A DNA stretch of 64,000 nt, from assembly GCA_964421245.1 (NCBI GenBank), contig CAYQVW010000002.1, positions 280-64,279 of the forward strand, written 5' to 3'. Position numbers and translations under genes: made by a program. Below are positions 1 through 9,039 of the stretch, one piece after another (within the stretch, counting starts at the first letter, position 1; the number at the start of each line of letters is the position of its first letter). Origin of the DNA: an uncultured bacterium (lineage in GTDB: Bacteria > Margulisbacteria > WOR-1 > XYC2-FULL-46-14). The notes under the pieces were generated by a model. That model was not told the DNA's origin. It searched no databases and was given only the letters and a program-made list of their open reading frames with translations.

Positions 1-966
1 CTTAATCTCAATTGCAGTTTCATGGTCACCCAAAATAAAATCCACTTCTAATTGTGACGCAGTACGCCAATACGCAATATTAAAATTCTTTGCAGAATAA
101 TGATTATAGGCCATAATTTCTTGCAAAATGAAGTGTTCGAATGCCCGGCCAAAGTTTTCGCTCCCCTGCCTGATATTCTCCCGTTTCAATAAATAATTTG
201 CAACCCCAACATCAAAATAATAGAAACGGGGAGATTGAATAACTCGACGCTTAGGTTTTTTTTGAAAAGCGGGAATAAAGTGTCCAATCAATGTATCGAC
301 TAATATTTGAAAATATCCTTTTGCAGTAACAGGACTAACCCCACACTCAGAAGCAAGATTTTGATAATTAACTATTTGTCCATTGCTAAACGCTGACGCC
401 TCTAAGAACCTTGCAAATGCGGGAATATTACGAGTTACCGCCTCAGCAGCAATCTCTTCTTTAAGATAATCCGCAATATATGATTGTAAAAGCAGTTGGG
501 GTTTTTCGGCCAGGTAATGCCGAGGAATCAAGCCATAATTTATTGCCCGCAGCAGATCAAACTGAGGTATTTCCTTATAAACTAATGGATACAATTCGTA
601 GCGCAAAGCACGTCCACCAAGCAAGTTTGCTCCGGTCCGTTTGATCTTTCGTGCACTTGAACCACATAAGATAAACTGAATTCCGTGATTTACAATCAGC
701 CATTGCACTTCGTCTAGAAGTGCTGGAATTTTTTGTACTTCATCAATTATAACTGGTTTATTTCCTGGAGGACTTGCCAAAAGTTCTTTACGCAGCAAAC
801 TAGGATCAGCTGTCAAACGAGCAAATTCATCAGACAAAAGCAGATCATATCTTGTAGAATCGGGAAAGAGCATTTTAAGCAGAGTACTCTTACCTGTTTG
901 CCTTGCACCCCACAAAAAACAAGATTCTCTTCCTAAATCAGTAAATTTTTGCTCTCTTTTGTACAT
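1..966 (-). CDS. AAA+ ATPase, AAA_14/DUF4143 family (3' end outside window)
   Basis: Manual translation from the ATG at 966 gives MYKREQKFTDLGRESCFLWGARQTGKST (Walker A), then IIDEVQ (Walker B), LCGSS and FYYFDVG motifs. Not in the ORF track because it runs off the window edge. Confidence 0.85.
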   Translation of the reverse strand, partial: MYKREQKFTDLGRESCFLWGARQTGKSTLLKMLFPDSTRYDLLLSDEFARLTADPSLLRKELLASPPGNKPVIIDEVQKIPALLDEVQWLIVNHGIQFILCGSSARKIKRTGANLLGGRALRYELYPLVYKEIPQFDLLRAINYGLIPRHYLAEKPQLLLQSYIADYLKEEIAAEAVTRNIPAFARFLEASAFSNGQIVNYQNLASECGVSPVTAKGYFQILVDTLIGHFIPAFQKKPKRRVIQSPRFYYFDVGVANYLLKRENIRQGSENFGRAFEHFILQEIMAYNHYSAKNFNIAYWRTASQLEVDFILGDHETAIEIK

Positions 967-1031
967 AAGCTTTAATATGATAATCCAAAACTATTATTTA
1001 TTATATCATGATAAGCCAAAATATCAACTCC

Positions 1032-1065
1032 AAAAAAAAGAGCCGCTGAATTTCTTCAGCGGCTC
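1032..1065 (-). terminator. Rho-independent terminator of the 1088..2047 gene
   Basis: GAGCCGCTGAA-loop-TTCAGCGGCTC stem followed by a T-run on the minus strand. Confidence 0.85.
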
Positions 1066-1087
1066 CATGAAAACTCGAGATTAACTA

Positions 1088-2047
1088 TTATATCTCTTCT
1101 TTTACTGCGTCAATGATCGTTGCTAACTTCGCACGCATTGCTGTGTGAGTAGTTCTAATAACTGTATCTTTACCCTGTTCAGTTTCAGTTAAATCTTCCC
1201 AGTTTTTTGCAGCCAAAGGATCACAACCATATGAACCCCAATCATTGTGAGTCATCCACAATTGGTGGAAAGCTGGATCAGCTTGATCTGCTGCAATGTA
1301 GCTAAGATCTTGAGCTGCAATTATAATTGCAGAATCAACTACTGCTTCTTTTTGAAGGTCCATCAACAAGGTTTTCATAGCTGCGTTAGCTTCGCCAGTG
1401 AAAACCACGTCTACCCAAGACAATAATACCCCTGCTTCCATGTAGAGGTTGTTCAATATCTTGGTTCCTTTTCCTTGAGCCTTAAGATCTACCAACTTTG
1501 CAACAGCTTTTGCACTTGTTTTTCCAAAGAAGGCGTAAAAATCTGCTTCTTTTCCATCAAGAATATCTGCAGGTTTTAGGAAAGCTTTGTCTGGTTTAGA
1601 AAGCATTTGTTTAACCATTGCCTTTCCATCTTCTGTCAAACATGCCATCAAAGGTGCAAGGTCTGCTCCAGGAACAATCACGTTAGTTGTCCCTACAACT
1701 TCTCCAGCTTCATTAAACTCTGGCATAACTGGAGCAACATATTCTCCATCTGCCCTCAATTGATCCAAAACTTGAGCATAAAAATAAGACTGGTTATGGG
1801 TAACATCAGCTAATTCAAACTGTGTAGCCATTGGAAGGGCGTTGAATGCTGCAACCCCTGCTGTATAAACTGGTTTCATATCAGCAATTAATGCTTGACG
1901 GGCATCTGCCTCTCCTAAATTAATTCTAGTTGAAATTGCGGCTTTATAATCAACTGCTGCTCCTGCTCCTTCCCCTGTTCCACTTGCTGCAAAATTCATT
2001 CCTTTTAATGCTGTCGGTAACCCTACTCCTGTTAAATTCACTCCCAT
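1088..2047 (-). CDS. Hypothetical protein (319 aa) with C-terminal RyR-domain-like motif
   Basis: Long ORF with AAGGAGG RBS and its own terminator. C-terminal HQLWMTHNDW..PLAAKNWEDLTETEQGKD resembles the RyR-repeat pattern (weak). Confidence 0.7.
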   Translation of the reverse strand: MGVNLTGVGLPTALKGMNFAASGTGEGAGAAVDYKAAISTRINLGEADARQALIADMKPVYTAGVAAFNALPMATQFELADVTHNQSYFYAQVLDQLRADGEYVAPVMPEFNEAGEVVGTTNVIVPGADLAPLMACLTEDGKAMVKQMLSKPDKAFLKPADILDGKEADFYAFFGKTSAKAVAKLVDLKAQGKGTKILNNLYMEAGVLLSWVDVVFTGEANAAMKTLLMDLQKEAVVDSAIIIAAQDLSYIAADQADPAFHQLWMTHNDWGSYGCDPLAAKNWEDLTETEQGKDTVIRTTHTAMRAKLATIIDAVKEEI

Positions 2048-2077
2048 TTAATTTTCCTCCTTTATTTTTAAATGTAC

Positions 2078-2097
2078 GGACAGCTCGCGAGCTGTCC
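2078..2097. repeat. REP-like palindrome, family A
   Basis: GGACAGCTCGCGAGCTGTCC is a perfect palindrome preceded by GTA; relatives at 6012 and 54107. Confidence 0.75.
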
Positions 2098-2161
2098 CTT
2101 CCCTCAAAATCCTTTTCCTACATTCCCACCTCCCGTTTTTATTTTCCTTTTCCCTACATAT

Positions 2162-2190
2162 TTTTCGTATACTATTTGGAAAAATTTCAC
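2162..2190 (-). promoter_or_regulatory. Orphan-regulon promoter motif, type A
   Basis: GTGAAATTT-ttccaaatagtata-CGAAAA upstream of the gene starting at 2047. Confidence 0.7.
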
Positions 2191-2202
2191 ACTATTTTTC
2201 TA

Positions 2203-4167
2203 TTAAACCTCTACTCTTCTTTTCGCCATAGCTGTATAAGCAATATACTGGGCAAGTTTTCTTGGATCACTATTAACAATTAATCCCCGAAAACTTTCTG
2301 GATCCTCTTGAGCTGAGTTAAAGATATGCAGTCCGGCATTTGTTATATTGTCATAAGAAACATCTTTCCCTGCATCATACCACTGTTCGGTCATAACCGG
2401 ATCATCTGTTAAAGGGTGCAAATGTACTGGAACCCCTTCCCTAAAAGCTGCCTTAGCATTAGGCACAACTCCCTTGTTTCCTTCAGCAGCATAACACAAA
2501 TCAAGTCTTAAGCCGATTGATCTCCCAGAATAAGCATCAGCATAAGCCTCGGGATTATTAGCTGTAAAAACATAAGAACCTGACTCTCTCGAGTCAGCTG
2601 AGACCCAAGGATAATATTCTGACCGGGAAACACCAAGTAGGCGAGCTCCTGTTTCGCCAAAAATTCTTATAAGCACCCCATCAACTCCTGTCTCGGAAAA
2701 ACCAAAGATTTGCCCAAGCTCGCTCAAAGGATAGTCAAGAGTTCGTAAGTGAAATTTCAGACTCCTCAAAAAGTCCTCAACAGCATCCATTTCCATAGGC
2801 CCATTCCCTTTATTATCTGTCTGACTCCTTCCTGTAACAGACATAATAAAAGAGGCACCAGCCATTAATTGCTGAACACTATGAATCGGTGAAGTAATAT
2901 CAGTAATCGCACTATGAACAGCTGCAACCTGTTCTGTATTTAAAGTTACTATTCCCTCACCCGGTTCAACAATAATAGGATTATCATAATCATCCTGCAG
3001 GGTTATAACTCTTCTCTCAACCTGACCAATAAATCCTTCGCTAAAAGCAGCCAGCTCCGGAACTTCTTCTGTTAATACACCAAAGGGCTCTTCTCCCTTG
3101 TTGGGAGCATGCGGAGCCAATTCAACATCTCCTTTTTCAGCTAAATGACCAAGAACTGTTTCTGCAACTTCCCCTACGTGTTGAGTCAAACCAGAAAGGG
3201 TCACAGCACCCATTGGATGAAAGGCTTCCTCTTCTATTCTAGTTTTTAAAAGATCGGTTCCTCCACAGAGCTCATAAACCTCCTGGGCTACTTCTTCTGG
3301 AGTTTTAACTATAGTAATTTGACGTTTAATCTTTGCCGGCGTCCATTTACCATCAGGATCTACTTCCTTTAAAAGTTTAATTAGAGTATTGATGGCCTCC
3401 GATTGCTCGTCCTGAAAATAAGTAACACAGTTCTCTAAACGACTAATACCATTAATTTCAGCATTATTACTAACTACAGAACCATAGGTAGGGATCTTAC
3501 GATCCAGGTACATTACTACTTGTCTACCCTGGGCCAAGGCATTAACAACATCAGAACTAAAGGCATAATTACCACCACCAATGCAAATTAAAACATCAGA
3601 GAAAGAAACACTGTCTCTAGAATAATTTTCTACAAAATGGATTCCTGGAATTGTAGCATCATTCCCAGCAATTAATCCCCGTTCTCCCATCATCCAGTCA
3701 TCAGTAAAGGCAATAACGGGGGTCTGCTACCTAAAAGCCACCTCGCGAACCTCTTTATCAACCGCCTGACCGGCAGTAGCGGAAGTCATAAGGGCAATAT
3801 CCTTTCCAGGAATAATCCCAACTCGTCTTAAACGGGAAAAAACATGATTAAAAATTCCATCTACCAAGTCACGAAAATAACGGTTTAGTCCTTCTTGTCT
3901 AAAGTTGGAATTACCAACTACTAATAACCTGGCTTTTACAGGAGCTAAAACTTGCTCAACCTGTTCTCTGGATATTTGTTTATCCGCCAACAATTCTTCG
4001 TTTGTCCTATAAGGAGCTACATCATCAGTTGATAAATTGGGTCGTAAAACACCTGCTTCATCCCAAATAAGCGGCCTAAACCGGCAAAGGGGGGTATACC
4101 TACTAGAATTGGTTCCAAAAACAGATGTTAACCTAGAAAACACTCCTGAACTTAACTGATTCCCCAT
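2203..4167 (-). pseudogene. Tandem SLOG/LOG-like Rossmann-domain protein interrupted by one in-frame TAG at 3727-3729
   Basis: ORFs 3727..4167 and 2203..3693 are in the same frame, joined by AFR*QTPVIAFTDDWMMG. Two similar units are visible (VVGNS..DVLICIGGG..ALAQGRQV and SVTGRS..CYAAEG..AFREGVPV). Confidence 0.6.
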
Positions 4168-4207
4168 TCTTATTCCTCCCTGAAAGTTTTTTTACTCTTC
4201 TACATAG

Positions 4208-4236
4208 TTATCGTCACTTCTTGCAAAAAATTTCAC
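4208..4236 (-). promoter_or_regulatory. Orphan-regulon promoter motif, type A
   Basis: GTGAAATTT-tttgcaagaagtga-CGATAA upstream of 4167. Confidence 0.75.
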
Positions 4237-4252
4237 TTCATTTTATTTTTGG

Positions 4253-4281
4253 GTGAAATTTATCTCTAATTCTATCGATAA
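4253..4281 (+). promoter_or_regulatory. Orphan-regulon promoter motif, type A (divergent partner)
   Basis: GTGAAATTT-atctctaattctat-CGATAA upstream of 4301. Confidence 0.75.
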
Positions 4282-4300
4282 TAATATAGGAGATAACAAG

Positions 4301-5971
4301 TTGAGTAAAATAGATTGTAATTTTAAAGTTAAAACCGCAGCACTTCCCGTACTAAGAAGTGTTGAAAGAACAAGTGCTTCGGATTTTAGAATTGGTTTCT
4401 TCGCAGATCTGCATAGCGGACATGCAAATCTTTTAAAAATCGCAGCACTTCGCCAATCCCTGAAACTCGATCTCTTTGCAAGTATTGGTGACCTGACCGA
4501 AGGGGGACAGTATCCTGCACAATTATTTGCAATGATTAATGTTTTAAATGACCTAGGTCTCGCCTTTAACGTAATTGGAAACCATTTCTTTGATTTTGAA
4601 GACAGAGCAATTCGCTCCGGAACCATGGCACTCCTTGAAGAATTAAAATCTTCAGCAAAAGCCTGCTTAACAAATGACCCATCGTATCGAACTCCGGGAA
4701 TGACTCTTCTTCTAACAATTAAAAGGTTAAAAGAACAGTTAATCCAGGAAGCAATGGTCAGAGCCTTTGGGAAAAATATCGTACTAGATCAGGCAATACG
4801 TATGGCAAACTTCCCTCTCCTAAGCCTGAACCTTGAATTTGAACCGGGAAGTACCCTCGAAAGACAAGTTGGGCAGGGAATCCTTCCTTATTATATACAT
4901 TATATATATGGGAGAAAGATCGCCTTTATAGGGGTAACGACCGAAACTATAAACCATGAGTTTGGTCACCACAAAAAAATGGGATATGAATCTACTGTCT
5001 CGGTAAAAGAAGAGCCGCTTGAAGATCAAGTGCGAACAACTATCCAAGAACTTGATGCCGACAATGTTATCTTGGCATCACACCTTGGATTTCTACAAGA
5101 TATAGAAATGGCGAGCAGCATTCCTGAAATAGATCTGGTTCTAGGAAGCCATACTCATAACATAACTCACAAACAGGTTGTCCATCAAGACGGCAAAGCA
5201 ATTCCAATTATCTATACCGGAATTAAAGGTGCAGCCTTAGGTATCGTCGATGTAAATTTTAATGGTGATGGAAGGATGGAATCAACCCCCTATATAATTG
5301 ATATGGATGCACAACCAAAGGTAAGAGTTCCAAGTGTTTTTAATTACAGGCCAAGGGTTGTCGGAAAATTAGAACATCCTCTTTCATTAAAATATAAATC
5401 TACTCAACCAATCCCATTAATGAATTTTATTAGCGATTCATACAGAGAACATACCGGTACTGATATTGCATTAGCTATCGCAGGAGATGTTAGGGCCGGT
5501 CTCCCTGCAGGAGAAATAACGGAAACAGATATTGAAGAAATGCTCCCCTGGCCTTCAGAATTATCTATTATAAAATCCACCGGTCAAGAAATTATTAATA
5601 TTCTGCAATTTGCAGCAGATGTATCATATTATGGAAGCGGAAGAACTTTACTGTTCCATCCATCTGGATTAAAATACTCTGTAAACAAAGAGGGAAAAAT
5701 AGAAAATGTAAGTATACTAAGAGAGGGAAGCTATATTCCAATTCAACCGGACGAATCATATACTGTCACAATCCCAGAATACCTGGCAAAAGATGGAATT
5801 CCAGGTTTATCATTCCAAGCAATAAGAAAAAATAACACAACTCTTACAAACAAAGAGATAATTTTATACCAATTCAGCAGATCAGGGGTTACAAGGGTTG
5901 ACGAAAAAGTGAGGATAAAAATTGATCCAGAATCAGATCGACTATATAACAATCCGGATATAACCTATTAA
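4301..5971 (+). CDS. Metallophosphoesterase / 5'-nucleotidase family protein, no signal peptide
   Basis: Calcineurin-like motifs DLH, GD, GNH, SHLG and GSHTH plus a 5'-nucleotidase C-terminal domain. Start moved to the TTG at 4301, which follows an AGGAG RBS. Confidence 0.85.
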   Translation: MSKIDCNFKVKTAALPVLRSVERTSASDFRIGFFADLHSGHANLLKIAALRQSLKLDLFASIGDLTEGGQYPAQLFAMINVLNDLGLAFNVIGNHFFDFEDRAIRSGTMALLEELKSSAKACLTNDPSYRTPGMTLLLTIKRLKEQLIQEAMVRAFGKNIVLDQAIRMANFPLLSLNLEFEPGSTLERQVGQGILPYYIHYIYGRKIAFIGVTTETINHEFGHHKKMGYESTVSVKEEPLEDQVRTTIQELDADNVILASHLGFLQDIEMASSIPEIDLVLGSHTHNITHKQVVHQDGKAIPIIYTGIKGAALGIVDVNFNGDGRMESTPYIIDMDAQPKVRVPSVFNYRPRVVGKLEHPLSLKYKSTQPIPLMNFISDSYREHTGTDIALAIAGDVRAGLPAGEITETDIEEMLPWPSELSIIKSTGQEIINILQFAADVSYYGSGRTLLFHPSGLKYSVNKEGKIENVSILREGSYIPIQPDESYTVTIPEYLAKDGIPGLSFQAIRKNNTTLTNKEIILYQFSRSGVTRVDEKVRIKIDPESDRLYNNPDITY

Positions 5972-5975
5972 ATAG

Positions 5976-6004
5976 GTGAAATTTAAATTTTGTTTCGTCG
6001 ATAT
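5976..6004 (+). promoter_or_regulatory. Orphan-regulon promoter motif, type A
   Basis: GTGAAATTT-aaattttgtttcgt-CGATAT upstream of 6073. Confidence 0.75.
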
Positions 6005-6011
6005 ATACGTA

Positions 6012-6047
6012 GGCAGTAGTGACAGGTCGCGACCTGTCACTACTGCC
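6012..6047. repeat. 36-bp perfect palindrome, REP-like family A
   Basis: GGCAGTAGTGACAGGTCGCGACCTGTCACTACTGCC. Confidence 0.85.
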
Positions 6048-6072
6048 CGTACAGAAAATAATAGGAGAATAA

Positions 6073-7440
6073 ATGGGAATACCAGCAACTAACCGAAGAG
6101 CCATTCAAAGAGATCCGATTCGTGTTTTCAACGGATTGGCAGAGAGAGAAATCAGAAGTGCTATTATGCACCTCTTCTCAGTTTTGGTTCAAAGAGGTTG
6201 CTTGCAACGTTGCTGGGGCTGTCACGCAACATCCTACAGAACACCAACCAATGCAGATTGGGATAATACTGAATTACTTATAGATGGTACTGCCTCTGCA
6301 ATGAAAAAATTTGATGTTAAACCCTATCGTCCTTTAATCGAAGTATTTCGAGATAACGATCCTTCCTGGACCAGATTTCCAGATCGACCAGATTATGGCG
6401 TCGGAAATTTAGCACAAAGAATTCATGATAGGTGGGGCTTACCTTCAAAAATAATGACCTCTGGACTTCCATTTGATCAAGTCGATTTTATGCTTGATCA
6501 ATACAGAATCGGTATTCCCTATTTCTTTTCAACCGCAGTATCTGTCTCAATCCAAACTGGAAATTACCTTTTAGATATTGACCAAGATGTTAGGACCAGG
6601 GCAAGGCTAATTGATACCTTTATTGAACACAACCCATCCCACGTCCCAGCCTTTTTAGATATTATGTTTTATACACCAGAAGGAGATGATCCAAAAACAT
6701 TAGAAACAATTGCTCTGTTCAGAAAAATTGCGAAAGCAAGTCACCACCTCCCAAAAGATTTGGCCGATTTTGATTTTAATCAAGTTGACGGAAGCAAAAA
6801 TGATAAATTTATGGACAAAAGTAAGAGAGTCGGTATAAGAACCTCTCCGTTCCTTTCAATATCATCTTGGAGAGGTATTGTAACTGACGGTCAGAAATTA
6901 AACCAGGTACAAATTAGTGACTGGTTATCAATTTTTGAAGGAGAAGACGATATTGCTTTTAAAGTCGGAGATGAATACTATACCAGAAGTGAGCTAAAAG
7001 CAAATTTATATCGTAGATCTCTATTTATTGAGGCGCTAAGAGGACTTGCATCAGATAATGCAAGAGAAGCTGTTAGGAGATCGAAAGAACAAGCAGTACT
7101 ACACATAGAAGAAGCAAAATTAAAGTTGGAATCAGATGAAGAAGATAAAGTTGCAGCTGCACTAAGACAAATGGATAAAGGCATGAGTTTATTGAAAAAT
7201 GGAGACGGGAAAGCAGAAACAAATAGTTGGTTAGTTGGGCACGAAAAAATCCCGAGACTAGATGAAATATTTTGTACAGAATTTGATCTTACCCCTCCTA
7301 TCGTAAGCAACAGCTACAGAAAAGGACTGACTGAATGTGGTCTTCGTCTAGGCCCTGCTATCAACTTTATTGTTAGTAATATTGCTGGTGGAGAGTTGCA
7401 AGAAATTATCCCTTGGGTAAGACTAAATTTTGGAGAATAA
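6073..7440 (+). CDS. Radical-SAM-like hypothetical protein
   Basis: CxxxCxxC motif (GCLQRCWGCH) near the N-terminus; AGGAG RBS; remainder divergent. Confidence 0.55.
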   Translation: MGIPATNRRAIQRDPIRVFNGLAEREIRSAIMHLFSVLVQRGCLQRCWGCHATSYRTPTNADWDNTELLIDGTASAMKKFDVKPYRPLIEVFRDNDPSWTRFPDRPDYGVGNLAQRIHDRWGLPSKIMTSGLPFDQVDFMLDQYRIGIPYFFSTAVSVSIQTGNYLLDIDQDVRTRARLIDTFIEHNPSHVPAFLDIMFYTPEGDDPKTLETIALFRKIAKASHHLPKDLADFDFNQVDGSKNDKFMDKSKRVGIRTSPFLSISSWRGIVTDGQKLNQVQISDWLSIFEGEDDIAFKVGDEYYTRSELKANLYRRSLFIEALRGLASDNAREAVRRSKEQAVLHIEEAKLKLESDEEDKVAAALRQMDKGMSLLKNGDGKAETNSWLVGHEKIPRLDEIFCTEFDLTPPIVSNSYRKGLTECGLRLGPAINFIVSNIAGGELQEIIPWVRLNFGE

Positions 7441-7443
7441 AAG

Positions 7444-8391
7444 ATGCAAACTGCAGCAACAAACACGCGAGGACATCTTCCAGATAGACTCTCTATCCCC
7501 ATAATAAAAAATCCATTTGCTCGTCCTGGATTAGTTCAAAAAGAGCTTAGTAAAAGCACCCATACAAGGGTCCATTTATTAGAAGGCGGATATGTTCTCC
7601 GTTCCTATCTCCCAGAAGTTCGAGGTCCCTTGGTAGCCAATGTTATAGAAGTCTTTGATATGCAGGCGGAGGTCGGAGATCATCCTCGTATTGAAACCCC
7701 CATCTACGCTTATCAAGGAGAAGGGGAAGAACTACTTTTATCTGAATATAGGGAAGTTAGAAGCAATATAGTTTTAAGGCCAACAACATTAAATAAAATT
7801 CTTGGAGCTTTGTTACACATGGATATAAAAGGTGTGATGCACGGGGACCTAGGTGATTTTAATGTTGGAGAGGATCATAATGGAGATCCTTTTATTTATG
7901 ATTTTGACAAAGCCAGAAAGATTAATTGGAATAAACTAGACATTCATCCGGAGGTTATTGCATTTTTCTTTTTAAATCCATCAAGCACTGTTCAATCAGA
8001 ACCTTTTAACATAGATTTATTTCAAAATTTTATCCTCTTTGATCAATTTGTTGTGTTAGAAGAAGAAGGAAAAAGTGATGAAGCAAGAGGGCTTTATAAA
8101 CTCTTCCTACAACATTCAATTGGATATTTTTTAAAGCTAAAAGATACCCTATCGCTCTCACCAATTTACTCTACGGCTATAGACAAAAGAATAGCTGCCA
8201 TTAAAAAACTTCTAAATAACCCACTTCTTCTTCAATCTATTTATGATGACAAAATGCTCTCTACCTTTACAGTAGCACACAGTTGGGCTACCCGAGAAGT
8301 TGGCATAAATGGACGAACAGAATTAGTAGAATATCGTGATCTTGCAAAAAGAAGAATGGAAACGTGGATTTTAAGAAGAAGCCTTCTCTAA
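7444..8391 (+). CDS. Protein-kinase-like fold protein (RIO/Kdo/Ser-Thr-like)
   Basis: HGDLGDFN catalytic loop and YDFD Mg-binding motif. Confidence 0.7.
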   Translation: MQTAATNTRGHLPDRLSIPIIKNPFARPGLVQKELSKSTHTRVHLLEGGYVLRSYLPEVRGPLVANVIEVFDMQAEVGDHPRIETPIYAYQGEGEELLLSEYREVRSNIVLRPTTLNKILGALLHMDIKGVMHGDLGDFNVGEDHNGDPFIYDFDKARKINWNKLDIHPEVIAFFFLNPSSTVQSEPFNIDLFQNFILFDQFVVLEEEGKSDEARGLYKLFLQHSIGYFLKLKDTLSLSPIYSTAIDKRIAAIKKLLNNPLLLQSIYDDKMLSTFTVAHSWATREVGINGRTELVEYRDLAKRRMETWILRRSLL

Positions 8392-9039
8392 CACAATAAC
8401 CGCATTCCCTTTGCCCGTATAATTTTTATAAAAACTTGGGAACGGTCCTTCGGTTTCTGGATAATCTTGAATACCCAATATCCTAACTTCTTGACTCTCT
8501 TTTATTTTTTGAAAAATTCGAGAAGCGATTGCTTCTGGATCCGAATAGTCACCATCAATCTGTAAAACAGCTAATCCACCTGGCTTAATCCAACGCAGCC
8601 ACTCGTGCATCTGAACATCTAGGCCACTATCATCCTTCCAAATTGCTGGATTGGGATTAATAATAAATGCAACATCGTGTATTGGTTGATCTGGTTCAAG
8701 ATGGGAAATGCGTCTAAACTGCCACATCCAAGGAAATCTTACCAAAGCTCCCTCTTTTGCAAATAAATCTTCTAATTTAGCATGCATATCATGTTCTTCA
8801 ACCCCGGAGACAGAATAGCCCATTTGAGTAAGAATAAAAGGAAGAACCAAAATTGTCCCGTAGCCCCATATAATAGCCCTGGTTTCCTGCGGATTAAAAC
8901 CAAGATCATCAAATACTGCTTGTAAATTGTGAGTGTGTAAGAAATTCTCGGGAACTTTAGCATTCTCTCTTAAGCAAGAAGAGCTATAGAGACTAAATGG
9001 TTTGATCCAAAGAGCTCGCGCATTACTATAGGAAATCAT
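8371..9039 (-). CDS. Putative class I SAM-methyltransferase-like protein
   Basis: IIWGYGT motif I, VSGVE, and WIKPGGLAVLQ. Confidence 0.55.
   Translation of the reverse strand: MISYSNARALWIKPFSLYSSSCLRENAKVPENFLHTHNLQAVFDDLGFNPQETRAIIWGYGTILVLPFILTQMGYSVSGVEEHDMHAKLEDLFAKEGALVRFPWMWQFRRISHLEPDQPIHDVAFIINPNPAIWKDDSGLDVQMHEWLRWIKPGGLAVLQIDGDYSDPEAIASRIFQKIKESQEVRILGIQDYPETEGPFPSFYKNYTGKGNAVIVLEKASS

Noticed and set aside
4253-4300. ORF-track N-terminal extensions (also at 23551, 53125, 15102, 30130, 30542 and 48474)
   Set aside because: They overlap promoters or neighbouring genes; downstream starts fit the RBS, -10 position and family N-termini better.
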